Assembly: GCA_020891255.1 (NCBI GenBank)
Contig: BQFW01000002.1
Span: 1,798,001 to 1,862,000 of the forward strand
From: Entomortierella parvispora E1425
Taxonomy: Eukaryota > Fungi > Mortierellomycota
Direction of reading: 5' to 3'
Length of the DNA stretch: 64,000 nucleotides
Shown here: piece by piece, positions 34,297-47,740 of the stretch
Layout: each line of letters starts with the position of its first letter
How positions within the stretch are numbered: position 1 is the stretch's first letter
Translations under genes and position numbers: made by a program
Notes under the pieces: generated by a model
What the model saw: only the letters and a program-made list of their open reading frames with translations
What the model was told of the DNA's origin: nothing
The model's database searches: none

Positions 34297-37200
34297 TTAC
34301 ACAACGACAAGGTGCATCAATGACTTGAGTCGAGTAAGACTGACGAGCCATCCAGGAAGGTAGCGCTCGCCTTCCAGATCTACATCCCGGATCTCGGGCG
34401 TCTCGAACGATCCAGCATCCTCGAGTGAGATGGCATCCAACATCAGCGTGTCATTCTTCTCATTCGCAGCCACTCGCATCGCAATCGCCTTGATCAGTTC
34501 CGGGCTCACGGGGACTTCATAATCTGCAATCATGTAGTTCTGGACCAGCTTTTGGATCTGAGTTGGGGTCAACATCCAGCAGACATCGTAGATGATCTCA
34601 ATATCGTTTTGGGACGCCTTCTTGAGCTGCAAAAGCTTGGTGGCCTGCATCAGGTGCTCCAACTGGAGCGTACCCTCGGGCAGATCATGTCCCTTGCACC
34701 ATTCCTCAATGCGAGTAATGTTGTACTGGATCTGCATGGCACGCTTCCAGGTACAGAAGTTGCGTCGCATCAGCAAGTCGTTGAAGCCCGTCACTCCGAC
34801 CATCTTGAGCAATTCTGTCATCACTTGACGAACCACAGAGTGCTCCACGTAGTAGCAGCTCATGGCCTTCCAGATCTTGTTGAACAGCAGCAGCAGGTCG
34901 TCCATGCTAAAGGTTGGACCTGAACCGATCAACTTGTTGAAGAATCGTCCAGAGTCGTTGGTGATGAATCCTGGCAGAGCCTGACTCTCAATGATTGCGG
35001 GAATAATCATCTTGTTGAGTTGCTTCTTGAGGGACTTCATCCAGACGTGGAAAATGTTGTATTCCAAGCACTCCAACTCATACTTGACCGTCGACACCAA
35101 TTGCTCATATTCGGGCCACAGGTCGTCCGTGCCTCGAGCAACATACTCCTCCCGGGTAATGTCTTGTTCGCTGATGCAGATCAAGGACAGTAACTCGTGC
35201 ACGTTCGAAAGCCAGTACGCACAGGGGACGATACTCTCGTCGTTTGAGTTGGCCATGGATTGTTGTTGAATGGCCTGCATGACGTTGATCATGAGACGTT
35301 CAGACTCCTTGACAAATCCATATTTCCACATCTGGGTCGTCAGCAATCCAATCAAGTGAGCTGGGAACATGACTTCCTTCACAAGCGGCACGTTTGACAG
35401 ACTGGGCGAAGGGATCTTCATGTTCTTGATCAAACCAGTCAAAATCTCCTCCTGAAGTCCTTCTTCATCTTCCAGAATTCTCACAATTTCCACCTCGGGC
35501 TGCTCAACCAGGCTATGAATGCTTGGGCGAGCGCGGGCCACACGACGAGCCCAGTCGTCGCTTGACATGGCCTTGGCACCGCGACTGTGGTTGTCCAAGT
35601 TGTCAAAGACATTGTTGGTAGTCTTTTGAGGTCGGAACAAGGCGGGGTTGTCCAATCCAGCAATATCTGGGGTGCTGTTACTGCGGTTGCGATTACCCTT
35701 GGGTGCCACAATTCCATTCTTGGCGGCGACGTGATGAGGCACTGGTACGGAAGGTGGGAGGGCAGTGACGGTCTTGTGTGGAACCTCCTTGGCAAACGAG
35801 TAAGAGTTTTCGTACTTGTCGATGGTATGGTTATGCATCGATGCCATGGACTGCGTGGGCAGCAAAGTGGCAGGGTTGCTTGAGGGTGGGGACGTGACTC
35901 TGGAGGTAAGGGGGAAGCTGGAAGTATCGCGTCCAGTAGCCTTGGAGAGCTGAGCCAGTTGTTCTTTGACATGCTGGTTCTCGCGCTTGAGAGCAAGGAC
36001 GGCCTCGGTATCTTCGGGCTTGACCTTGGCCTGGGCCGACAACTTTTGGATCTCCTCCTTGGTGCGGCTAAGGTGCTCCGTGAGCTTGGCAATCTCCTGG
36101 TCCATGGATCTGTTCTTCTCCACAGACTCGTTATATTTCGACTGCAACTCCACATTCGCAGCCTTCAAAGTCTCGAACTCTGCCTTGGGCACTGTCGGGT
36201 TCTCGGCAGCAAGGGCAGTCTCCTTCGACTTGGATTGTTGTAATGATTCGTATCGTTCTTTCCATAAACGGACCTGGTTTTCGAGCGTCGCCACTTGGGA
36301 GTCGAAAGATTTGTTCTGCTGATGCGCCAAGTCCAAAGCTCGCGTCAGCTCCACCACTTTTCCCTCCAAGCGATAAGAGACTTCCTTCAGGTGATCCACG
36401 GAGCGGGCCTCCGCCTTGAGTGCCAAAAGCTCCTTGCGGGCAATGTTTCGGCGGATGCAAGACTGGATCAGAATAATCGACTTGCGCTCCTTCTTGTATT
36501 GGCGACGAGCCCGGACTCCGCGCCAGATCTGTTGGATCTTGGTCGCGCCATCGTTTGCGCGCAACTTCTGGTAAGAATCGCGTGCAAGCTTGGAACGGAT
36601 GGCACACTGGAGTCGGAGAACATGGTTGCGGGTCTCGACGTACTTCTTGCGCTGGACATAGCCTCGAAGGAATGTTTGAAGAAGAGTCGCCGAACGTTCC
36701 TCGCGCAGCGAGCGAGCAGCCTTCTCGGCAGCCCACTTGCGGGCAAGGCATTGGAGCTTGATGGCCGCTTTGCGGGCAATGCGGTACTGCTTCTGACAAA
36801 CGAAACGGCGCATGTTCTTCTGAATCAATGTAGCGTACGAATTCAATTTGTCTGTGCGGAGCTTTTCCATATAGGCCAGAAGACCGGCACGGAAGAAGAT
36901 CTTTGTCAATCCGACCTGGTACTTGTCAGCTTCCTTGATAGATGCCTCCAAGATGGCAGAGCACATCTTTTGGGTATCAAAGCCCCAGTGCTCAGAGTTG
37001 ACCAACATGTAGTAACGCTCCACAAACTCGGGGAATGACCAGCGAGAAGGATAGCCTGCACACGAGATGCGGATTGTCTCCAAGACACCGCAGGCTCGCA
37101 GCTGGCCCAGAACCATAGGAGCGTCAAAGACCCAAGGTAGCTTGGCTTCATTAGGCTTGAGACAGCGGATATAATGGACGTTGGTCGAGTTGATCGTGTC

Positions 37201-39596
37201 CATGAGCTGGATAAGCGAACCTTTGAAGATGGATCCCAGGGTGGGCTTTCTGTTGATAACACTTTTGCGCTTGTCCTCAGACAACTATAGGATCAATAAA
37301 GTAGTCAGCACTTGTCTGCGCTCATACAATAAAATCCTGTGAATCTACGAACAGAAACTTACACTTCCGCCAGCTCCAAGTGTGGCGCTAGTCATCAAAA
37401 CCTCCTCCAAGAACTCATTGTCAGAGTTCTTCAACAAGTTCAAAAGCTCATCAGGAAGGGTGTCTCGATTCTTTTCCAAGAAGCCCTCGCACTCATACGT
37501 GACTTCGTGAGCGTAATGAGAGATGGTAAAAGCCGAGTTGGAGAAACGAGGCTTGGTGAACCACTTCTTGTGTTTCTCTGTGCCGAGCTGCGTGAACAGT
37601 TTGTTGCACCAACCCTGGTCAGTACCAGAAGGCAGACGACTCTCTTCATCCAAGAGCGAGAGGACTCCGAGCTTTCCTTCAATCATCTCGATACACGGCT
37701 GGTTATCGCTGAACTCGATGAACGTCCAGTCAATCTTTTCACGAACGTACTCCTCCTGTTCGAGCTTGAAGACGTGCTGGTTGAACTCTTGCTGCAGCTT
37801 TTCGTTGGCGTAGTTGATACAGAACTGTTCGAACGAGTTTTTCTTGAAGTGCTCAAATCCATAGATATCGAGAACACCGATGAAGGAGTGAATCCTGCTT
37901 GCAACAGAGTCATTTGAAAGACTGCTGTTGATGTTGTTGACGAGCCAGTCAAAGAGAGACGAGTAAATGTACTTTGCGACAGAGTCTCGGACCACCAAAC
38001 TCTGCTCCGGTTTCAAGTTGGAGACAATCTTCTCGGACCGAGTCGTAATTTGTTTCTTGATCAGCCACTTCTTGAACTCTGGCAGGGAGATGCCCAGGAC
38101 ACGTGTAGCCGTGATAAGCGAAGGGTCCTCGTCAGAGATCATTGAGTCATTCCGGCCAGTCACCTGAATGTTGCCGATGTGAAGAAGGGCGGCCAACAAT
38201 CGGAAGATATACCATTGCACCTTCACTGAGATACCGATAGTGGAGAGAGCGCGTTGTGTGATTTCAAACTCGGCAGCATCGTCGACACCATTGATAATGG
38301 GAACGCCTCCTTGCTTTAGGTAGTGGAACTGATGGATGGTCTGGAGGTCCAGTTCTTTCTTTTCTGAGGGAGGGGCACCGGCAACCAACTGGTAAAAGAT
38401 GTGGTAGTTACGCTCATGCTCAGGTTGGTAGACAAGACGCGAGCGCTCCAAGAGATAGGTCCTGATCTTGGCTCCAATGATATTGCGGTCCTTGTCAAAC
38501 TGAATCTCGGTGAACTTTCCGAAGCGTGACGAATTGTCGTTTCGGGTTGTTTTGGCGTTACCAAAAGCTTCCATGATCGGATTCGTGGCCAAGATTTGTT
38601 CCTCTGTCTCGCTCATGCCCACAGCTTTGGTTGCCTCTGTAGTGTGGTCGCTATCATCTGCTGTGGCGAAGTACCGCATGATGAACTTTGCACTGACAGT
38701 CTTTCCAGCACCACTGAATGTAGAGTGCACCAAAAAAAAAAAAAAAAGGGTGCGGTAGAGTAAGGGGTGCATTGTGTGAGTACACCATGTCCTTATTCGT
38801 GCAAGTTATACTGTTGCGAGTGCATAGACCATCCTTACCTCTCTCCAGAGACCACAATGGTCTGGTTCTTTTCATCGCGAATCATACAGCGGTAGGCATC
38901 TTCAGCAATAGCAAACAAATGTGGCTCAAGCTCACCGCGTCGACGACCAGAGTATGCTTGGATGATGTCCTGGGTATAGAGGTTGACGCGTGCAAACGGA
39001 TTGGCGGCAATCAACACGATTCCCGAATAGGTGTAAATGTTACAGTGAGAGTAGCGAGTCTTGATGTTGCTCAGGACTGTCGTTGGTGTTCAAGGGGAGG
39101 AGAAGAGGCAGATGGTTAGTTCTGGGGGTTCTTTATTTCGTTCGGATCATGTCATGTCAATGCAGGCGATGTTTCAATGCTCATACCTGCAGGCTCGTTC
39201 AGGTAGGACAAGTTTGTGAGATCCTCCGTGCCTTCCAGCAACGGGGGATTCCGCATCGGCGGGAGATTGGCATTGTTGTTTTCTTGGATCTTAGCCAGAG
39301 TTGACGAGAAGACATGATCCTGGAAACAAAAAGGGTCAGTCGGTGTGTTTTATATTTCATGTTCTGTCGCTGGGGTGTGGGCTGTGTCACGGCACAATCG
39401 TCCAAACAAACAAAAAAAAAGGACAAGAAGGAGGGGGGTGGGGAAGGGAACGTACCTTCCCAGTCTCATCGACGAAGGTCAGAGTGACTTTGCCGTCAGC
39501 AGCAACATCCTTGGTCGTCAACGTGGCACTAATCCATCCCTCTTTATCGTCCGTGAACCAGCACTGTGTGCCTTTGACATAGGTTTCCAACGACAT
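34297..39596 (-). CDS. MYO2: Class V myosin (motor, 6 IQ motifs, coiled coil, DIL cargo domain)
   Basis: IVVSGE|SGAGKT, EAFGNAKTTRNDNSSRFGK, LDIYGFE, HYIRCLKPN, six IQ repeats and NDLLMRRNFCTWKRAMQIQYN (DIL); 4 introns. Confidence 0.96.
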
Positions 39597-41037
39597 TGTT
39601 CAACGATATGAATCAAGGGCAGTTGTGCGGGAAAGTAATGGGCTCTGAAGTGGTGAGGCCACGCGAGCGCACGGGGAGGAGAGGGTGGGCGAGAAGTTTT
39701 TGAGAAAGGAAAGAGGTGAAATTTGGAAAAAAAGAGATGGTCAGGGGTCAAGGAAAATGCGGTGACAAGAGCAAAAAGGGTGTCGCCTCGTGCAAGATAG
39801 GATCGGCAGAGTCCTTGGTGTCTTCCAAATAGGGAGGCCGAGAACCAGCGAAAGAGCGGCAGACAGAGGACGAGGGGAGGAGAGAGCTGTCTATCTCCCT
39901 GGTCGACACGGAGACCGGGTGTCGTTGAAGGACAGCTCGCAGAGATACAATGACCAAGAGAAGGTAGAGGACTTTACACGATGGATGGTGGCAAAAAGCG
40001 ACCTGGGAGCGAGTGCAGTGGCAGAGGTGAAGATGGTGCAGGTGTGAGAGAGGAAACGTGAGGAAACGTGAGGAAAGAGAACGAGAGGTGTCGACACACC
40101 GAGTTCACAAAGCGGAGAGTAGGGCAAAGAGGTGGGGGAACGCACCCAAAGAGGGAGGAATACGAAGACAGAAAGAAAAGGAAGGGAGGGGAAAGGAAGG
40201 GGTCGACAAGGAGGGAGAAGAAAAGGAAAAGAGAAAAGGAGAGAAGAGAGAAGAGAGAAAAGAGAAATGAGGGGACAAGGGGAAAGGGGCCGATGAAGTG
40301 ATGGGGATGGAAGTCACTGCACGGGGATAGAACAGGGACACTCTTTTTTTTTAAAAAAAACCACCCGTGTGCATGCAGGCGTGTTGGTGCCACTGGCCAG
40401 CCTGTGTTGATGTCGAAAAACGAGGCCCGTTTGACTAAGGTGCACCTGCGAGAACAGCGGTGGTAAGGCACGGCTGATATCGTGCCCTGGCGGCTACGTG
40501 CAAGAGACACAAAGCACAGAGGGAGGCTGGTGCAAACAAGGATATTGTGATTTATCTTCGGTCGGCCAACCCTACCACCCTGTCCACATCACGCAGTAAA
40601 AGTGCTGCAGGTTCGACCACCGATCAACCCACCAGAATTAAAGAAACATAATGAGTCCGCCTAGAGTCTATGCCGAGTTCACATGCTGATACGCGACCAC
40701 CTTACCCGAGTCTCTGGTTCACGGGGGAATCAGAATCCAGGATGGGATTGAAGGTTACTTGAGCAAGGCGCCACTGCTGATACCTGGGTCAATGCCACAG
40801 CCACCATGACGACACACTCGTTGCTCTCTAACGAAGAATGCGTGGTGTCGGTGATGCAAGGGTCCCATGCCACTCTCTCGATCATTCGTCAACTGACACT
40901 GTGGTTATTGTTGACGCTCGACGCCAACAGCGGGGGTTTGCACGGCGACGGTAAAGGACATGATAGAGATTCATTGTATTCAACGAAAAAAAAAAGCAAC
41001 AACGGGACAGAACTAACAATGACAAGAATGAACGGTC

Positions 41038-42229
41038 TCAAATATCTTTTCTGCTCTCAGACTTGCCACCCATGAGCTTCATCTCCATGGCATTATTCTC
41101 ATCTGCCATGCGCAGATACTCCTTTTGCTGCTGGGCCGCCTGCTTCTTCAAATTTTCCAAGTCTTTGGCCACCGAAGAGTGGGATGACACGATATCGTTC
41201 AAATCCTTAAGCTCCTTCTGCAACTTCTTTTCCGACTCGGACACGCGTTCGTACTCCTTGCTCTGCTGAGCAGCCTGCTTCTTGATGACTTCCATTCTCT
41301 CTTCGCTCTTGAGCAAATCAAGGATAAGAACGAACGTGCGGTTCAAGATCAATGACAGGAACAAAGTGAATCCAGTCAAATACCTATTGTTGACATTGCA
41401 AAGCGGGAAAAAAAAAGCCTCAGTTAAGTTGCGCCAGTTCTGAGAAGGAGAGAAGCAAAGGCAGCAACGTGTTCATACATGTTTCTTTGGGCGTAGAAGC
41501 GCGAGGCTGCAAGAGTCGAGGTCGTGTGGGCGGTGGGGTTGTGCACATTTTCATATTTTTCCTCCACACGCATGACGCGCTTCAACGAGTCTGTTTTCAA
41601 AACAAAAAAAAAAGGGTCCGTTAGTTCAAAGCAAAGTCGAAGATCCAAAGCAAAGAAAGAACATGGTTGATTCTTACCAAGGAAAAGAATAAACACAAAG
41701 CTATACGTTCGTATCCGGGTGTTGTGGGGTAGAGAAAGATATTAGAGCGTGTCGCCAATCCTGCAACAAAAGTCCTCGAAATGATCTTGATTCTTCCAGG
41801 TAGCCACTTACATAAAGACAATTTTCATCGAGTATTGAACATGGCCCATGATCTTTGAGGTGGCCATGAAGTTGAGCATGCCTCTTCTCCACTTGAATGG
41901 CAGAGGCAACTATGGCGAAAGAACAACGGAGACCAAGCGTTCAATAGTCAGTTTCAGCCGTTCTTGTCTAAAAAGCAAGTGTTACTACGTTGGTTCCATG
42001 GCGCTTACAATCAGGAAGATGAACGTGATCATCTGAGTTTAGAATCCAAAAGACACATCAAGTAGCACATTCGGGCGAGATTGTCCGAGTTAGATGAGAT
42101 GGAGAGTTGAGAGGCAGCAATGCAGCAATTAGTACGAGACAAGGATGTGATGTGCCCTGAGTGGTTCCTGCAACGGTCTCGTACCTCGGTCATCAGGAGG
42201 GTGAAGACCATGGTGTAAGGCAAAGACAT
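41038..42229 (-). CDS. BAP31/Yet family ER membrane protein
   Basis: Spliced sequence MSLPYTMVFTLLMTE|MITFIFLI|LPLPFKWRR...SRFYAQRNM|YLTGFTLFLSLILNRTF, then a coiled coil and ...SRKDI*; 5 introns in phase. Confidence 0.92.
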
Positions 42230-42579
42230 GACGGGGGATATTCCTTGCTCGGCGGCGGGTGATGGGGGATGAGGGTGAGTGTGAGTGTAAGGATGGAGAG
42301 ATGAGAGGAAGAGATTGAAGGAAACGAGGCAAAGCAAGCAATGCAGGTGAATCGTGGAGCCTGTTTTGCTTTTCAGCCAGTAAGAGTCTTGGCGTGCTTG
42401 AGCCCGTGCTTGGCCACCGCGTTTTCTTTATGCTGACATGCGAACCTGTGTTTTTTTTGGTGCTGTGGTTGTGAACGTCCATTCACGCGCTGCCACGATG
42501 ACAGCAAGTGCACGAACCATTCATTGCCATGGATATGATTTCTTTTCTTAAATGCTGACTGATGTTCTACACTATTGTT

Positions 42580-43429
42580 TTAATAGCAGCATTCGCAATC
42601 GAAGGGGCACTTTTCTGTTCCACCTCCCTTGCCAATGTTCAAGTCATGGATATCAAAGAGACGGAGTCCATCATCTGTCCGACGCTTTCCTTTCTTCTCT
42701 AGCTCATCATCGCTGTCAGGCCCATCGTCCCTGGCACGCTTGAACTTTTGGATCTTGGCAGCAGCAGCAGCGGCGGCAGCTGCTGCGGGGCGCTCATTGA
42801 ACACAACCGCTTCTACTTTTGGTCCTGTCTTTGCCTTTGTTGTTATTGTTGACGAAGCAGCTGCCGTGGCGGCTACGGCCGACTTGGTCTGTGCCTTTGA
42901 GTTGTTCTTCTTCTTTGCCTGCAGTTTAGCCAAGGCAGATTCCTCAGACTCATTTTGTTCTTCTTCATCGAACATCAATTCCTCTTCCTCCACGTCTTCC
43001 TCATCCTCGCTATCATCCAGGGATTCTCCAAGAGGTTTGTCGTCGTCGCTCTCGCTGCTGTCGTTTTGAGCAACAGGCTTAGTCTCTTTGACCTTTTTTG
43101 AGGATGAGGTGTCTTTGGTTTCCTTCTGTGTTTCCTTCTTGGATTTTGACAGCGGTGTAACATCCTTCAGTGGTTTTGATGCCGCCGAAGAGGTGGTTCC
43201 TGTACTGAAGATATCGTCAATCTCTGAGGCCTTTGCCTTTGTAGAAACTGTTCTCAAAAGAAAGTGTAGAGGTCTTAGTCGATCTGATCATGATTTGGGC
43301 AGTCTCAAGAACCCCAAACAGACAACAAAGACATCTCTATTTACCAGATTTCTTAGGTGCGTCCTTTGCTGAAGAGGGCTTGGCTGTTGTCTTGGCGATG
43401 ACCGACTTGAGAGTTTTCTTTGGTGGCAT
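42580..43429 (-). CDS. DUF1764-type conserved eukaryotic protein
   Basis: K-rich N-terminus, EIDDIFS, an acidic middle, and C-terminal RRTDDGLRLFDIHDLNIGKGGGTEKCPFDCECCY; one intron. Confidence 0.85.
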
Positions 43430-43592
43430 GGCGAATGTGATGGTGTCTGGTGTGAATGATAGCAATGGTCTTTCTTTTTTTCTTTTTTTTTGAAAGTGGC
43501 GCCGTATAAACAACAGTCACATTTCTTCGCTCAAATCCCGAGCCTTGATATGTGCATGCATGCTCTCTTGCTCATCACTTCATCTATCCGCA

Positions 43593-45257
43593 ATGTCTGC
43601 CACCGTCATCAGGGCAGCCACTAGCCTTGGCCTCCATGCCAATGCCAGGAGTCTGTAAGTCCTAGCCATCTTCTGTGACCCTGCTGGATAAGCTGACCCC
43701 AAACTTACTATTGTATGCTATTTCAATTCAGGTCTTCCATCACCCAGTCTGGCCACTATCTCACCAGACACATGATTATGCAGCGCCAGTTTGCCGCCAG
43801 GTAACCAGCTGTCTCCTTCATTGATGAGAAGAATAGATAATACAGACCCGGTGTTAACCTTCTTGAGTCGGTGTCTCTGCGGGCCATGTCATCCGCCGTT
43901 TGATCTGATTTTAGACATGCTTCAGCTACGAGCGCTTTCTCGCGCTCCACCTTTTACAGCACCATGCCCTCAACAAAGTCTAACGATCAGGTCCAACCCT
44001 CACCTGCTCCAATGGAGGATCTTACTGGCGCTATTAAAGCCGGTACTGCAGGATCTGTGGCTCCAGAGGACAGCTTAAGCTCTGCATCGACAACAGCTAT
44101 TGACACCAAGCCTCCTGCTGGCTTGTCAGGGAAGATCACGGAATTTGTCCGCAAGGGCAAAGAAATTGTGATTCAATGCAAAGATGGAGTCAAGCTTCTT
44201 TGGGTCAACAAGAAGATTGTCAAGGATCTGAAGCAAGCTCAACTTCAGGATGGTCACCAATTGACTCGTCGCGAATTCCAATTGGTAGGTATATTGTTTT
44301 TGTGCGCAGTGAGAAAGCAAGTCTTCCTCTGGCTCTAACCTTGCCTTTGTCTATTTAATCAGATCCATAAGACAGATATCGACGTCAAGCGTATGATCCC
44401 CTTTGGATTAATTTTTTTGTTAGCAACAGAGTACATCCCTTTGATCATCATCTTTGCGCCGCAATTGATTCCTTCGACCTGCGTTACCCCATCTCAATTG
44501 GTACGTTGTTGCTGGAAATGACCTTTGGGACAAGTAAACCTCGTTGATCGGCACTCGTCTAATCACTCGTTTCATTTTGTGCCTGTAGGATGGGCGCCGC
44601 AAGAAGATCCATGAAAAGAGAAGTACTATGACAGAGAAGCTTATTCTTCAGAACAAGCGTGAGGTATGTTGCGCATCTTGGGCCATTTTTATGTGGGCTA
44701 TGTAATTGTGACAATGCAGCTGATATATTGGAATTGTATAGATCACAAAAGAACATTTGGCCAGCTACAACTCGTTCATTTCCATTGCCAAGAAGTATGG
44801 CGAGGGATTCGACTACAACATGATTGATCGCCAGCACCTCTCTTCCTTCTGCAAGTAAGTGGACCGATTGTGCAATTGTCGTTGAGTGCATCCCTTTTAA
44901 CTCACCTGGTATATTTCCCTCTTTTTTTCTGCAAAAAGGTTCATGGGGTTGAGCGGATTTGGACCCAAGTTTATGTTGAAGAAGCGCCTGGATAAGCACA
45001 TGACATATCTTCACAAGGACGACGTCTTGCTGCATCAGGAGGGGTTGGACTCTCTCACCTTTTCTGAGCTACAGGTGGCCAACGAGGAGCGTGGCATGCG
45101 TTCGCTTGAAGTTAGTAGGGAACATCTTGAGAAGTCGCTGGCGTACTGGCTCAGGGTCAGCCAGAGCAAGGACGCTCAGGTGCCTCCTGCCTTGATGATC
45201 TTCAGCCGGATGTTCTTGTTGCACTCGACCTTCAAGTCGGACCCCGCCAGAAAATAG
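43593..45257 (+). CDS. Mitochondrial LETM1-domain protein (LETMD1-like)
   Basis: Presequence-like MSATVIRAATSLGLHANARS; LTRREFQL|IHKTDIDVKRMIPFGLIFLL.TEYIPLII.FAPQLIPSTC; LHKDDVLLHQEGLDSLTFSELQVANEERGM. Confidence 0.85.
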
Positions 45258-45503
45258 AAACTCATGTACAATACCAAAGATAAAAAGTGACTGTCCGCGC
45301 CAAATGCAATGAGCACGGGTGTGCTTGCTCCCTTTCTTGGCGACAGGGCCAAAGAGTCGACAATTTCATCTTTCCCCTCTTTCACTTTCCATCTTTCTCC
45401 ATTCACTCGTCGTGTCTTTACCGCCTAGCTTTCCTTCTTCCCTTTCACCATCACACCCCCGAACCACAACCTCTGCTTATCATTTAAAGGACTTTGGAGC
45501 AGC

Positions 45504-46729
45504 ATGAACAATCTCACCCCTCAGGTCGTCTTTACAACCATCTCTGACGCCATCAACCAGCTCACTGGATGCTGTCTGCCCAACCCTACATTATACATCA
45601 ACCGGCGGTCATTCAAGGTGGTCAAGCTGCTCGGTGAAGGGTAAATGATACTCGGTAGTACCTGTCCATGGAGTCATTGTAGAGCATGACCCGCTGACAC
45701 ACTTGCTTCATTTTACCCATGGCACGTTGCGTTCTTGTGGAATAGCGGGTTCAGTTTCGTATATCTTGTGCAGGACGTAGCCTCGGGGCGTTTGTATGCA
45801 TTGAAGAAAATCCGATGTCCATTCGGGAGCGAGGGCGTTCAGGATGCGATGAAGGAGGCCGAGATGTATCGTATTTTTCAACACGAGAATGTGATCAAGA
45901 TGGTGGTATGTGTCAGCAGTTGCTATCATGTTCTAGCAGTTGAGCGCGTCTGAAGCACCAGTGGATATCCCGCCAAACGTAACATGATCAGACATGATCA
46001 CTTACTCTATCTGAATGCCTTCATTGCCCTTCCCCTAGGACACTTGTGTAGTCTCGGACAAGGATGGCAGCAAGATTGTATACATTTTCCTGCCATACTT
46101 CAAGCGTGGTAATCTTTTGGATGCAATCTCGGCCAATCTTCTACACCACACACACTTTTCAGAGCCGGACATGCTACGATTTTTTAGGGGTGTCTGTTAT
46201 GGCGTTAGGGCATTACACTGCCACCGACTCCCCAATGTGCCGATCAGCTCCCGAGACCAGGACGATGCGTCTGTCCATAGCGGGATTGAAGCCTGGGATT
46301 CTCGTGAAGCTCGGACGACGGGAAGTGCGAGAAGGCAAGGGTCGGTCATGTCATTTACTGGATCCGAAAATGGGACCGGTTTATCTGATCTCGGAAGCCG
46401 ACACCAACCGCCAGCCCCCACAACGGCAGCTATAGATGACGAGGATGCAGTCATCGTGCCCTTTGCTCATCGGGATATTAAGCCAGGCAACGTATTGATT
46501 GCAGACGATGGTCAGACTCCTGTATTGATGGACTTTGGCTCGATGGCTCGTGCCCGAGTCAAGATCCAGACACGACAGCAGGCGTTGCATGAGCAGGACT
46601 TGGCAGCAGAGCATTGTTCGATGCCTTATAGGGCTCCCGAGCTGTTTGATGTCAAAACAGGTTCCACCTTGGATGAGAAGGTCGATATTTGGGTAAGAGT
46701 TTTCCTTTTGGATACATTGAGGCAGGTGC

Positions 46730-46763
<34 letters not shown>

Positions 46764-47052
46764 TTCTCGTTAACACGTCCCATACTTGACCATTTAGTCC
46801 CTTGGATGCACCCTGTACGCCATGGCCTACGGAACGTCTCCCTTTGAGACGAACCAGATCAACCAAGGAGGCTCAATTGCACTTGCAGTCTTGAACGGCA
46901 ATGTGAGGTTCCCGACTGTTGAGCAAGCAGATCGATACTCTGCAGAATTCAGAGAGTTTATCAAAACCATGTTGGTGGTGGATCCTTCAGAGCGCCCAGA
47001 TATCCATGAAGTGATTGAGCAGGTTGACCTTTTGCTGACAAGACCAATGTGA
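45504..47052 (+). CDS. NAK-family Ser/Thr kinase, STK16/Env7-like
   Basis: N-terminal GCC palmitoylation-type motif, LGEG|GFSFVYL, YALKKI, AHRDIKPGN, VLMDFGS, CSMPYRAPELF and DIWSLGC; 3 introns. Confidence 0.93.
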
Positions 47053-47740
47053 GAGCATGGGTCAGACTATTTAGAACCTATACCATGATAATACAAACCC
47101 TCTACGTAGAGAACTCTTGCAGAGACGAAGAGACCTGTTCACAAAAGAGTGCAAGAAGATGAAAAGCAGCAATATAGGGAGTAGGTGCAGAGAGGCGGAC
47201 TAGAGGAGACAATGAGGGGTAGAGTTAAGCCTAAAGGCAGGAGACCATGCACGCAATGCCAGCCAGTGTCTCCAGCCAGTTAGCGAGCGAGGTCGAAGAT
47301 CGAAGGGTGACCCCGGGCCACAGAAACGGGGGCCACAGAAACAGAGAAGCAGACTATGACGCATTTTGGCTTCATTTGGACTGGTGCGGAACTCTGTTGG
47401 TGACTTTGAGTGTGGGCGGAAGATCGTTGCCTTCTGTCGTTGTCCTTTCTTCCTTCCTTTCTTTGTCCTTCCCTCCATCCCTCCTTCCCTCCGCTCCCTC
47501 TTTGCTCGTTGCTCCTCATAGCGTCGCATTCATTCGTCCTTCTTTCCATTCATCCATCCGGCCAGCTCATTCCAGTCACTCGCTTCCCTCTCGTCTTTCT
47601 GGTGGTGCATTCCAACCTGATCCCCGTCTTACCTCCCAGAACCTTGGAACTTTTTTTTTTTTTTTGATTCTATATTTCAGCCATCCCCCCTCTTCCCTTT
47701 CCCTTTAATCCTCTTTCCTGCCCTCCTCCTTACAACAGCC

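Noticed and set aside
40520-41000. Unexplained spacer between BAP31 and myosin with a GGTTCGAC B-box-like motif
   Set aside because: There is no cloverleaf, no A box at the proper spacing, and no recognisable RNase P/MRP/SRP/snRNA motif or credible ORF.
43514-43521. HomolD-like CAGTCACA upstream of DUF1764 (also TGTGACTG at 28540 and TGTGACCG at 33410)
   Set aside because: About two hits of an 8-mer are expected by chance in 64 kb on both strands.
46733-46761. Other long A-runs as possible retro-insertion tails
   Set aside because: I found no flanking target-site duplications; homopolymer tracts are pervasive in introns and intergenic DNA here.
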